In this document: piece after piece, positions 1 to 12,500 of the stretch
Layout: the number at the start of each line of letters is the position of its first letter
Numbering within the stretch: position 1 is the first letter of the stretch
Source: Entomortierella parvispora E1425
Lineage: Eukaryota > Fungi > Mortierellomycota
Length of the DNA stretch: 64,000 nt
Assembly (NCBI GenBank): GCA_020891255.1
Contig: BQFW01000013.1
Span: 2,170,001-2,234,000, forward strand
Direction of reading: 5' to 3'
Translations under genes and position numbers: made by a program
The notes under the pieces: generated by a model
The model's database searches: none
What the model was told of the DNA's origin: nothing
The model's input: the letters and a program-made list of their open reading frames with translations, nothing else

Positions 1-357
1 ACAAGGATCGCTTTTTGAGATACAGTGGCCTTGGCAGGTAAGGCCTTCGAGAGACACTTGAATGAAGCCACTTGCCAACTCTTGGAAGTCAGATTCCGGA
101 TCAGTATCCCACTCCCCTTGTTCCTCCTCTTGGTCTTCCTCCTCCACCTCCTCTTCATCTTCATCTTCATCCTCATCTACTTCTTCGTCATCTTCCTCAG
201 CTTCTTCTCTGTAGTCTTCTTGTTCCTTCTTGGATTCAGATTTGAGCCTTGGCTCTGATTTGGGCAAGAGGTTGACGGGGTTCATGTTGTTCTTGTCTTC
301 GTCGTTGTTCTCCCGATTATTCTTGTTTTTTGGTAAAGGACGGTGGCTCATCGTCAT
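1..357 (-). CDS. 5' part of an acidic (D/E-rich) protein with the start of a Cys-rich motif; runs off the left edge; paralog of 42499-43119
   Basis: Open frame from ATG at 357/351: MSHRPLPKNKNN...EEDDEEVDEDEDEDEEE...ELASGFIQVSLEGLTCQGHCISKSDPC, matching ...QLASGFSQVSLGGLACQGDCITKDDPC in the 42499-43119 ORF. Confidence 0.45.
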   Translation of the reverse strand, partial: MTMSHRPLPKNKNNRENNDEDKNNMNPVNLLPKSEPRLKSESKKEQEDYREEAEEDDEEVDEDEDEDEEEVEEEDQEEEQGEWDTDPESDFQELASGFIQVSLEGLTCQGHCISKSDPC

Positions 358-858
358 CTTAATTTTCGGAGGAAGAAAAAGTAATGAAGAATAACGAAAC
401 AATGAGGTGGGGATCGCCTATGACAGGTCGATGGATACAAAAGATACCACTCCACACGGCTCTACAAAAACGTCTTTCTTGTTCACTCTTTTCTTACCGG
501 GACTTGTCTGAAAGGCACAACGAGGTGCGGTGCTAGAGCGTGTGAACAGGGAGGCAAAAGGACGAGGTCGAGGGGAGAGAGGATTGTTTGGTTGGGGATG
601 TTGAAAAAAACATAAAAAAAAAAAGAAAGTGACCTCCTGATATTGTTTGTGTTTGGACACAAAGCGCACAGCAGAGGCAAAGCAAGAGACAAAAGGAAAA
701 GGACAAAGCACCCGCCAACTTCAGCGATGATGGACCAATCCTTGACCACTGTGCCTGCAGGACATCATGTTTCTCTCCATCTGGCAGCACGCAGGACGCG
801 ACCAACCTCTCACACACTCCTCTTCCCTCTTCCTTTTTGACCCTGTCCGCTCTGACAT
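1..858. repeat. Segmental duplication of ~42832-43720 (same orientation)
   Basis: Co-linear nucleotide similarity from acaaggatcg... to ...ttgaccctgtccgctctgac, where the two copies diverge. Confidence 0.85.
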
Positions 859-861
859 TTC

Positions 862-1020
862 ATCCGACATTGCGACAGGAGGAGTCCTTTATCAGATGCA
901 TGAAGGCAAAAGACACCCAGTTGCCTATGAGTCACGAAAACTTAAGCCAGCCGAGAAGAACTACCCGGTCCATGAGAAGGAACTCCTCGCCATTGTTCAC
1001 GCATGCAGAGCATGGCGCAC
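862..1020 (+). mobile_element. Ty3/gypsy retrotransposon RNase H fragment (relic)
   Basis: SDIATGGVLYQ...HPVAYESRKLKPAEKNYPVHEKELLAIVHACRAWR matches the RT-associated RNase H motif (DAS..G.VL.Q..PVAY.SRKL..AE.NY...EKELLAIV.A...WR). No flanking RT or integrase. Confidence 0.85.
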
Positions 1021-1068
1021 GTTTTCATTTGGCCTCTCCTCTTATTAAATAACTTCTGGGCAGAATTT

Positions 1069-1330
1069 TCAGCCCAAAGTTCCTCTCCATAATCTTGTGT
1101 CAATAGGCGAGGGACTGGCAGATGTGAATTTTACAATAGAAGGGGATCCTACTATCTCTACATTTGCGGACGTACTCTGTTTGACAATTGACTCGCACTG
1201 CTGGTCCCTTGAATATGCATATCCTACGCATTTCAGGTGCTTGTTCGGAGGGTTTTGTTGACAACAAGAGCTGCCAAACTGACCAAGTGACACTTCAACA
1301 TGCCCGACATTATCCCGCTGACAACAGCCG
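1069..1330 (-). pseudogene. Degenerate fragment of the Cys-rich family seen at 42499-43119
   Basis: SLGQFGSSCCQQNPPNKHLKCVGYAYSRDQQCESIV aligns with SSGQFGDFCRQHNPHNKHLKCNGYAVSKHRPCEIIV. Confidence 0.65.
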
Positions 1331-1571
1331 TTCTTTGAGATTCAGAGACCTCGACAGAAAATTCTTGGGCGGGCAACGATCGACGCAAAACTGAAACTGA
1401 CTATCAAGTCTTCAGGATTCTGAATGCTCTTGTTTCTCCTTTTACTTTTTCCTCTTGTTCTTCTTTGTCGTCACCCTCAGCCTCCTCCTCCTCCTCCTCC
1501 TCGATGAAAAGCGAACACGATGATTTATTCGAAAAATGAGGGTTTCTGAAGACCCTGCACGAATCAATCAG

Positions 1572-4500
1572 CTATGCGGCCAAATGCGGATCCTTCTTGA
1601 ACTACCCATTGTCCAACTCCCAAAACAATATCTGGCGAGATCCGATAACGACAACCAAATACGCTGCAACGTCGTTGTCCTCCTTCAACTTCATAATCTC
1701 TGGACTTTCGACATACTCCGCGAGCTGCTCACGTGGCGACTTTGTGTTGGCCCCCCTGATGGCGCCATTCAGAATCCGATCTCGGATGGTTTGCCCTGGT
1801 CTGCACACATCGTGCATAACAAATTTGAGATCAAGAACATCATCCACAGAGTCCATGTCTTTGAGATAGTCGGCCGTTTGTTCGATTCCCTTCAACCCGT
1901 TAATATCCAAGGAGTCAATCCGGATCATTTTCCACTCCAACAGTAGCACTTGTTTCTTTAACGGGATCAGGATCAACATGTCGATTCGACTGGAATTTCG
2001 AGATGTCTATTTTGCCATTGCAGCAAAGACGCATTAGCTCAAAAAAGAATACCGTTACCACTAGAGCTCAAAAAAAGTCAACATCGTATTACCGTAGTGA
2101 CTTTTGTCTCCAGTCCAGTTTTCCGCAACGACGGGTGAGAATTCCCAAACAGCGGAATGTAAAAGCAGCCTCGATGGTTCTCCTCTGTCTTCTTAAAATC
2201 GCTGAGTCCTACATCATGGATCTCCATAATTCGCTTGTACAATGAGAGCGCCTGACAAATATCTCCGTCTGATACAATATTCTGAAATGCAAGATCGACA
2301 TCTTCGAGGCGTAGTTTGTGACGCTCCAGAGTGGCGTTGCCAAAGCGAATGGCGGCAACCTGATTTGGAATCCGCAGAAGCTTGGAGTCGCCGCAGAACG
2401 TGAGACCACCAATGTGAACCATGTAGCAGAGCCATGCATTTTTGCTGGTTGCAAGATCCCTAGCCTACAAGAATTGGGTGGGGACAGGAGGTGAGAAGCC
2501 ATTGCCTTCATATATGACGACTGTTCTGAAGAGTATCTCAAGTGCATTATCAAACATACCAAATCAGCAAGTCGGAATGACCTGACAAGTACTTCATACG
2601 GGATTGCAGGATCTTTCACATTGTCAGACGACGTGGTTTGGTGCGCAAGGCTTTCCTCAATAACTTTACTTGCGATGGGCGAGGCAGCAAGAATCTGAAG
2701 TGCTCGCTCAGATACCTCAGAGTTGCTGACCGCTGTCGGATCCATCTCTTTACCCATCGTCAGGTTCTAACACCAAGTAGCAGCACAAACAATTGGAGAT
2801 GTAATTGACTCGGTCAGCGGTCATTCAACAGAAACAAGCCATTTCGGTGTTGCGACTCACCTCCAGATATTCGAAACAAGTGTTCGTGTTGAAGACACGT
2901 ATAACCTTGTAGGAAGGGGCAAATAAGTAGCTATTGTAGTTGACCTTCATGATGTCGAAATGCTTATCGACATCGAGTTGAAGTCCACTGTCCCTGAGTA
3001 GATGTAATGCGGCGTATATGTCTTCTTCGGTGAGGCCACAAAGGCCCGAGAACGGATCGTCCCATGATATATCTGTTGCAACATTAAATCCACTCGTATG
3101 GTCGGCCATGGAAAGTGGCAATACGCCTGTTATGAAGAATTTTACGATGCACTTGTCTTCGAGCTTTGACTTCACAATGCCCCAGAACGCCGTGAGCCAA
3201 GAGTTTGCATTATTGCGGAGCCTTTCCCATGGTTCAGGATCATTGGGATCCAAGTACTCGTTGCTGATAGCATCATATTCATCCGCTTAAAGATATATCT
3301 AGAAAAGCGTAGACTGTATTTAGGGACAGCGCCATATACAAGGCACTGAAATGACATAACTATGCATTTGAGCTTACCCCTTTCACGCCGAGCAGTGGAT
3401 CATCCTTTTCCTTGGCATCCCGGAGTGTGTCCATCACGAAATCTGTACAAGTACAGAAGCTTTCAAGGCCATTGTTCGAGATCTTCTCCTTGATCAACTC
3501 ACTGCCGGGGATCACTCCGAGATAATGAGCGTAATTCAAGTAGAAGGCTCGGATGGAGCTGTTGATCTTGCTGTTCATGTCGACCTCGGCTGTTTCAATA
3601 TCACCAAACCGGTTGACAGTAGAAAAGTCAACTTTCAGAATCAGGTACTGGCCAGGTGTGACTTTTCCGCTCTCAATGTCCTGGCTAACGTCAAGGCCCT
3701 GCAACAGAAATGAGAATAATTTAGTCATAGAACCAAGCTAGACACATAAACATAGAAGAATGGTGATGACATACCTGGAAAAGTTGATCGTGGTTTTCTT
3801 TATGCTCAACTCCATGAAAAAAAGCCAGTGTGCTGAGGAAGAGGGACTTTCCAAATCGACGCGGTCTTAAGAAAAGATGCACAAACTGAGAGAGGACTCC
3901 AACACAGTGATGTAGCGGGTGCGATCAAAGTAGGCGTATTGCAGATTCGTGCGGATTGTCCCAAAACTGCGCTTGTGGTTCAACGGAAACCCTTGGAAGC
4001 TTTCCTTGCTATATGCCATCGATGCGACTGTCGTAAGGTGCCACCTCCAGTCTTGTCCGAACTATGCGCCCATCCGGCTCAGTAGGAAGCCACTTCCTTT
4101 TGCGTGGCGTTATGACTGGGGCAGGGGCAGGTCCATGGACAAGACCGAGCCATTTCGGGTATGGTCAGCAAAGCAAAATGACAATACCATAAAATAGAGG
4201 CTTTCGCATACAAGTACATGTGAGTGAGAAAACGAGCCTGTTGCAGTACCTGAATCGGGTAGCTGGACGACAATGTGGATGACACCGTCTGCTGCACCGT
4301 GAGGGAACAGCCTTTCATGCTGGAGTCGCAGCAGAGGGTTGAGCTTGTTTGCATCATTGAGGCCGCTGAGAATGTTGGGCATTTGTGCCTCGGGTGTTCC
4401 CTCTGGGACTTTCCAGAGAGCGAGGTCCTTCGCAGGTATTCTGAGCTCCAGCTCAGTTTTGATGGCGTCCTTGAGTAGAGCGACTGTCTCTGTAGAGAGG

Positions 4501-4658
4501 ATCTCGACAGGGAATGGTGTGACATCGTCTTTGACAATGCAATTCAACAGTAAAAGGTTGGCCATGGTACTCTCAGGCACGGATGCGGGAGGGAGAACTG
4601 GTTGAGATGATGTGTTTGCCGCAATGGATTGGCAGGAAGGACTCTGTGGGTGACTCAT
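1572..4658 (-). pseudogene. Crinkler N-terminal domain + AAA-ATPase-like NTPase + PD-(D/E)XK nuclease, disrupted copy
   Basis: Inverted paralog of 19070-22111. CRN NTD (LLNCIVKDD...LKDAIK...LALWKV...IHIVVQLP), RPRRFGKS Walker A, ADEYD Walker B, RIDMLIL...LLLEWK. Relative to the intact copy: 5-nt deletion near 4020 giving TAG at 4009-4011, 1-nt deletion near 3890, CAG>TAG at 1602-1604. Confidence 0.85.
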
Positions 4659-5059
4659 TGAGCTGCTCCCTGCTAATCCGGCATTGCTACCAGACGACCC
4701 CTTTTTTTTTGCATCAAGTTGATCCCTTTCCGTTTTATCGAAATGGACGGTTCGCGCAAGTGTTATACAGTAGGTAGTGGATAAATGAGTGTGTGAATAA
4801 CAGGTTGAGACTGAAAGAGAGAGAGAGCGTGAGAGAGAGAAGGAGCGGAGGGAGGAAGGAAGCACGATTGGAGATGGAAATACATGTAGAGCGTTCCAGG
4901 GCAATGAGCGCGCATCCAGGGAAAAAGAAAGATCCACGTGTGTCGCGTTAAAATCCGTCTTCCCTGTGCCCTCTGTTTCCCTCTTGCTCCCTCTGCACCT
5001 TCTTTTTCCCATGGTCCATTGCTGGCTATGACCACTGCTTAGTTAATGTCCCTGCACGG

Positions 5060-6420
5060 AGGGGAAATGGTCAGTCTTGCTTCGTCTTGCTTTCTGTCTT
5101 TGCCTTCAGGCCAAATCTAAATCAGCACGAAGACTCATTGCTTCTCTCCTTTGTTATAGGCTTGACTCAACAACAATCAACTTTGCAAGATCGCGTCTGC
5201 CAATGACAACAAGATTGTGCGAGTGGGGAATGCTCAGACTGGCTCTCTTGGCGCCTGCATTCATGGAATAACTGGATCAACCTCATGTGTTGTAGGGGAG
5301 CATGAACAGTGATTTCAGCATTCAGGTAATTGAGCGCAGGACGAGGCATTACCACAGCTCTTGCAGTCAGACTCTTCTTCAAGGACGCCATAGACTTCAT
5401 AAAGGACCATGGAATTTGTGCTGCTTTTTTTTTATTTTTTTTTTCATGGCGGTGTGTGGCCAACGGACAGGAGCATGGTGAGATACACCTCATGCTGAAG
5501 TTTGGAATCTCTCTATCGTGGATCAAATCAGTCCAACAATGCCTGCTGGCCTGGATGGAGCTGGTACAACTGGCACTCAACTCAGGATCTGGATTGTGCC
5601 AGTGGCTACCCTCGGACAAGGATTGCTTTTATTCTTTGACGCAAGGGTCATCTGAGATTTTTGTCCAAGAGTGCATGAGAAAATTGGTTGAACAACAGGA
5701 GCCAGTCTTCGATCCACTCATCAGGACATGATACCACTAGCCTATGGAGTAGAAGGATAAGTGTGCTCCTAGTTGTATACTTGAGTCGACGCCAGCTGGG
5801 CCTCAGGGGGGGTTTATTTTATTTTTATTTTTTTCTAGCACCGTTGCGACTCGGGCGACAAACATTGCCGTACAGGACTCGGAATTAGTCTGAGGAGGCG
5901 TCATACTGGAATGCGGAGAGTTCGAATTATTTGGAAAAGTAGAAGAACATAGCGCGTCTTTATTCATCCGAGCATTTTTTTTCTGGCGACAATTGCAAAG
6001 ATGCCGGAGCAGTCATTGCAATGCTGCCGGTGCCAAGCTGTCGAAAAGATTGCCGATATCCTTCTTTCCTGCAAGTATATTTCTCGCTCTTTGGTCCTGA
6101 CTAACTTTGCTACTGCATATTATACCATATCTCACATATCCTATCCGTTGGACACTTGTGTCCAGAAAGTGCAGGGACGAGTCTCGGCCAGCTTCTGAAG
6201 TGATCATGAAATGCTGCTTTAGTTGCCTGATTGCTACCATATCAATAAACAATCTACCACTCTGTATAAAATTATCGGAACTAAACAGCAACCGGCTCCT
6301 TGATGCCATTGCAAAAAATGTCCACGATCTAAACAGAACAAACAATAATCAGTTGACAGAGAGTTGCCTCGGCAGTGTATGATGTACGAACTCGACAATC
6401 TTTCGTCACCATACTCGCTC
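5060..6420. repeat. Dispersed degenerate repeat family R1, copy 1
   Basis: Shared cores such as acggacaggagcatgg.agataca.ctcat..tgaagtttgg and cc.tcggacaaggatt recur at ~40700-41640, ~58080-58900 and ~62170-63570. Confidence 0.75.
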
Positions 6421-6540
6421 CTCCGCCCCTTCAATTTTGATCACCCGAACCTTCATCTTGTCCTTTTTGCTGCTTATACATAGAAGGTCGTTTATTCAAT
6501 CTGCTTATGAACGAGGATGTTGTTTGTGTAAAGATGATGG

Positions 6541-9500
6541 CTAAAGCCCCTGTTTATCCTGAACGGCTCTGATCGCAGATAATATTTTCTCTTGCACGTC
6601 GCTACCAATGGCCTCTGAGATCTCCCCTTTCTCTGTGTAGACCCGCAATCTGCTGTCTTGTAATTGTAAAGATAAAACACGACGGCAGCTATACTGAAAT
6701 AGACAGCTCTTATACACGCTCGTTATTTCATCTTTCGAAAGCTGTGGAAGAGCAATACATAGAGAGTGGCAATGATCCCTAAGAATCTGTAAAGCGTCCT
6801 GTCTGTAGCCTTGGCGTCCATCCGTAACTACAGCAATGAGAGAATGTACTGCTGATTCTGGTAACCCAGATTGATTGCCCAATGCTCTTGCTGCCGCAGA
6901 TCTGACATCCTTATCTCCATCCTTGAGTGCGTCAACGAGGGATCCGATGGCAGACTCCGGCAACGGAGATTGATCGCGCAATAAGCTTGCTGCCGCATGT
7001 CTGACTTGATTATTTCCATCTTCGAGTGCGTCAACAAGGGATCCCACGGCCGATTCCGGCAACTCAGATTGATTGCCCAATGCTCTCGCTGCCGCAGCTC
7101 TGACACTCTTATCTCCATCCTTGAGTACGTCAACGAGGGATACGACCGCTGATTCTGGCAACTCAGATTGTTTGCCCAAAGCATCCGCTGCCGCTAATCT
7201 GACATTCTCATTTCCATCCCTGAGAGCGTCAACAAGGGATCCAACGGCTGATTCCGGTAACTCAGATTGATTGCCCAATGCTCTTGCTGCTTCGGATCTG
7301 ACACCCTTATCTTGCAGGAATAGGTCAAGGAGAGGTTGAAGGGAATACTTTGACAACCCATATTGTTTGGGCAATACGCTTACTCCCCCATCTTCACCCC
7401 GGAGTGCATCAACGAGAGATCCAATGGCAGACTCCGGCAACTCAGATTGACTGCGCAATGCTGTTGCTGCCGCACATCTTACATACACATCTCCATCCTT
7501 GAGTGCATCAGTGAGAGATCCGATGGCAGACTCTGGCAACGCAGATTGATTGCGCAATGCTCTTGCTGCCGCACGTCTGACATTCTCATTTCCATCCCTG
7601 AGAGCGTCAACAAGGGATCCCACGGCCGATTTCGGCAACTCAGATTGATTGCCCAATGCTCTTGCTGCCGCACATCTGACATCCTTATCTCCATCCTTGA
7701 GTGCGTCAGCTAGAGATCCGATGGCAGACTCTGGCAACTCAGATTGATCGCCCAATACTCCTGCTGCCAAAGATCTGGCGTACTTATCTCCATCCTTGAG
7801 TGCGTCAACAAGGGATCCCACGGCCGATTCCGGCAACTCAGATTGAAAGTGCAATGCTTTTGCTGCCGCATCTCTGACATCCTTATCTCCATCCTTGAGT
7901 GCATCAACGAGGGATATGACACCTGATTCTGGCAAATTATGTCGATTGTACAATACGCTTACTGCCGAATCTCTGGCATCCTTATCTCCATTCTTAAGTG
8001 CGTCAACAAGGGATCCCACGACCGATTCCGTCAACTCAGACTTTCGGCACAATGCTTTTGCTGCCGCATCTCTGACATACTCACATCCATCCTTGAGTGC
8101 GTCAACGAGAGATCCGATGGCAGACTCTGACTCAGATTGTTTGCCCAATACGGCTACTGCCGCCTCTCTGATATTCCAATCTCCATCCTTGAGTGCGTCA
8201 ACGAGAGATCCGACAGCTGATTCTGGCAACTCAGAAGGTTTGCACAATATGCATGCTGCCCAAGATCTGACATTCCAATTTCCATACTTGAGTGCGTCAA
8301 CGAGGGATCCGACAGCTGATTCTGGCAACACAGATCGTTTGCACAATGCTTGTCCTGCCTCATAACTGACTTCATCTCCGTCTTCGAGTGCGTCAACAAG
8401 GGATCCCACGGCCGATTCCGGCAACTCAGATTGATTGCCCAATGATCTTGCTGCCGCACGTCTGACATGCTCATCTGCATCCTTGAGTGCGTCAGCGAGA
8501 GATCCGATTGCAGACTCTGGCAACTCAGATTGATTGCCCAATAGGCTTGCTGCCAAATATCTGACATCCTTATCTCCATCCTTGAGTGCGTCAACGATGG
8601 GTCCGACGACTGATTCTGGCCAATTAGATTGATTGCACAATGCTTCTGCTGCCTCATATCTGACTTGACCATGCCCATCTTTGAGTGCGTTAACGAGGGG
8701 TCCGACAGATGATTCTGGTAACCCAGATTTTTTGCCCACAATTGATGTCACTACGGATTTGACCCCATGTTCGTCCTTGAGTAGCGCAGTTGGAAGCTGG
8801 ATGGGTGTCGACATTGTGGACTGACAGCTGTCCAAAGCGAATGTAGCAGATGAGTAAGTGTCTTCGTCTTTAGCCTCAACTACGGTGATAAGACGCTGGA
8901 TGGATGCCTCACAATTAATAAAATGCTTCAATAACACCGACTCGGCAGTGGATCTGACGTGGTAATCTTGATCCTTGAGAGAAGAGATCACAGGCGGAAA
9001 GGCTAACTCCGGAATCGCATTCTGGTTGCCCAGTGCCTTTACTGCTGATAGCCGAACAATACAAGACTTATCCTTGAGTGCGGCGATCAGTGCCTGGATG
9101 GCGGATTCTGGAAGTACAGAGTTGTTTTCTAGTGCTGTCGCTGCTGAATACCTGACATCTTCGTTTTCATCATCAAGTGCAGCGACGAGAGCGTGGATGG
9201 CTGATTCTGGCAGCTTAGACTGTCTGCCCAATGCTGTTGCCGCTTCACATCTGACGTCCTCATCCTCATCTTTGAGTGCAGCAATGAGGGGTGAGATCGC
9301 TGACCCTGGCAATTCACCCTGCTTTTCCAATGCTGCGGCTACCGATGACTTCATCCCCTTGTCGCTGTCGTTGAGTGCATTAACAAGGAAGTTGATGGCG
9401 GCGTCTGACATTATAGAGCGAGCTCCCAGTGTTCTTGCAAGAGTGCACCTCCATGAGCTTTCAGCGCGCAAAGTCTCAATCAGAGTGGCCTCCGGAAATG

Positions 9501-12500
9501 TGAGCTGACTCCCCAACGTACTCACACTATAGTCGTCATGTTGAAGTATTTGCATCTCAAAGCGAAGCCATTTCCGAAGCTCCTCGTCTACTTCTTCAGT
9601 ATATTTTGAGTCTAGCCGACCACGGGCCTCATTGAAACAGGATGCCAGTATCAGCTGATGCCGTCCTCCTATCAGATCGCGCGGCTCATCCTTCAAAATT
9701 CCAAAGAACTCCGCCAGAGCCTCCCCTTCCAACAACCCTGCTACCATCGACCAAACAATCTCATACTGAGGGTTGTATTTGTGCTGGTAAATAAATTCGG
9801 CCAACTGATCCTTGGACATCATTTTGGATGGGAGGCATTCTTGTTTGAGGCGAAAGTGGCGGACTATCCAGGTTGCGGCGAAATATTCCTGAAATGTCAG
9901 ATGCAAAAAGTGCCAGGATTGCGGAGAATTGACGTTTTTAGAGCTCAAGTCCACATCTGCCGTGTGCAAAAATGAGGTTTGCTTGACAATTTCCACGAGA
10001 TCTTCAGGTGAAAGCGTCTGGTTGAGCGCTGAACTTTCTTGAAGCTCTCTGAAGGCTTGGCGTAGGTCCTTTTCTTCGAATTCGATTTGGTGACGATTTT
10101 CCATCCCTTTGAACGCAAGATAGCCAAGATGCAGCAGTTCGGTCGCCATTACATTCTCCATTTCTTCAGGACCGTAACTGCGAAGCCTCTGGTCTGTCAG
10201 CAATATTTTTCCTGCCTTCTTCTTGAGTCGCACTGCGTCCTTGCGGCAAAGTCTCTGAACCATCAAGTGATACAGTCCTGTCATAGTGATGTGTGAGACG
10301 TCTTTGGGAAGTGAATCCCAGCTGAAGCAGATCACATCGAGTTGCACAGGGATGTTGACGAGTCCCTGAATCAATGGCGTTCGTCGAATAAATTCCTGAA
10401 CTGATGCTGCTCCCTCAGGATCGAGTACCTTGACCAGAAAATCTTGGACATTCTGCTGACTGAACCCTACAGTCTCAAGTTCCAGATCCGTTGATTGCAA
10501 TAGTGAACTGTCCACACCGGAAGGTCTCGAAGTGACGACGACATATTGTTGTCCAAGGAGGGTCATTAGGAACCTTCTAAAAGTCTGGCGCTCCTCGCTC
10601 TCCGTATCGGCCACAATCTCATCCATGCCGTCCAAGATAAAAAGAACTTTGCCCTCTTTAGCGCAGGTCGCAAGGGCCTCAGATAATGCCGCCTGACGTT
10701 GGTCATGATCTTCGCCGACAAAAACCTTGTTACGAAACAGGGATTCTAGCGTTGTGCCTGTAAATCCTCGGAGGTTGCGCAATGGGATCCACAATATGAC
10801 ATCAAACATATCCCTCCATAGCCCATTCTGGTGGGCATGGACAAGCTTCTTGCAAAGTGTTGTTTTGCCAATCCCTGCTCGCCCTTGCACCAAAATTCTT
10901 CTGGGAATGTCCTCACCCTCATTGCTTTGGCGTTTTGGTAGCTTGCGCTTGTTGAAAAGTTGCTCCAACGGGATCAGTGAGCCTGTATTTGTGTCCTCCA
11001 CTCTCTCAAAGCTTTGTAGCCGATGAAAGACTGCTGCCTGCTCTTTGAGATCCTCTTTTTCCTTTTGTCGATGTGCTGATGCTTCAACAATTGCTAGGTT
11101 GACAAAGCATGTCTCCAGGTCCAGTGTGTCTCCTGACACTCGGCGGATGACGAGTTCTGGCACGTGATAGGCATTGAGCGCCTTGTGGATGCCATAAAGA
11201 CGAGGTTTCCAAGGGTACTGGATCTGGACTGTTTTCAGCAGTGTGAACTTTGCAGCAGTGTATCCACTTGAATCTGATGGCCGGAAATTGATCCAAAATG
11301 GAGACTGCAGATCGACCATAGGTGCTAATTCTGGGCTCTTTTTTCTTATCTCCTCCAGCAAAGACTTGGTGCCTAGTATATTTTGATAAAGGTGAAAACA
11401 AAACGTCAGGAATAGGTTCCTTGATAGCTTCCTCCCAGAGATCACGGCCTTTGTTCAGTGATGCGAGATCGACATACCTTCAAAGCTGGCCCCATCGTTG
11501 GTAGTCACATTGGTGAGGGCGTCAAAAATGACCTGATCAACTCCCTCTTGCCGATTCCAAAGCTCAGAGTCCCTGTAGAGCTCTCCAAGGAATATAGTTG
11601 CTTCCTTCCGTGCTTCAAGTTCCCAATGAGTGTCAGCCGCGAATCGTCCAAGAAGCTGGCAAATTCCCCATTGAAATTCCTGTCGGTGTCGGTATGATGC
11701 GGTAGTGACCAGATTTTTGAATTCTACATGCCCGCCAGCCTTGATACACATCTCCGCTCTGCGAAGGGCGTCGTACCATGCTTTCTTGAACTTGAGACCC
11801 TCCTTCATAGAGAATGTCGGATGATCATTGTTCCTAATGGCTGAACGGAGGTCTTTGAGCAACCTGGCGCCTCCTTTGCCAGATTCGTATAGATTTTCCA
11901 GAGCCTCGAGTGAGTCCTTTATCGATGTTGGATCCATGATGTTGGCAAAGCCCGCTACAACCTTCAACCCGGACCATACTCGTCTAAACCCTGCCTTGAG
12001 AACACTCTCGTCATCCGGAATGTTCAACAGGGCCTGCGCGGCATACTCGGCTTGGAATGTCAAGTAGGGATCATCACTTGACTCTAACTCTCGAAGAAGA
12101 TCTTTCAATGGCCCATGAAGAGCGTCGCGATCAAGACTTCCGATGTCAGAATCTGCCATTGTATCCAGAACCTGTGAAATTGCAAGCAAGAGATGATGTC
12201 GATCTCGAGTGCTCTCTGGATGAGTCGACTGGAGTTTCCTGAAAAGGGATTGAAGGACGACCACAAGGTCGTTTGAGCTGATAGATCCAGGAGCAGCTCC
12301 TTGAATCACGTTCACCAGCCCTCCCACCAAGTGCACATGCAAATGCTGTGACTGGCAGATGGTGTCGGTGAAGGATGTGAGGAGGAGCCGAGAATACTCG
12401 TTGTCGAGTACCGGAGCCAACTGGACGACCTCAGCCACCGCAGCAGCATCCTTGGTTGCATTACTTCTGAATGTCTGGACAATCTGAACAGCTATGGTCT

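Noticed and set aside
25-258. Hydrophobic membrane-protein-like ORFs (also 42913-43104)
   Set aside because: They are the antisense reading of poly-Glu/Asp codons.
1572-4658. RIP-like mutation as the cause of the pseudogenes
   Set aside because: Lesions are mostly indels with one C>T stop; near-identical repeats elsewhere show no obvious CpA>TpA excess by eye.
6828-9508. Many overlapping 60-195 aa ORFs over the HEAT array
   Set aside because: They are antisense or alternative-frame shadows of the 99-bp repeat.
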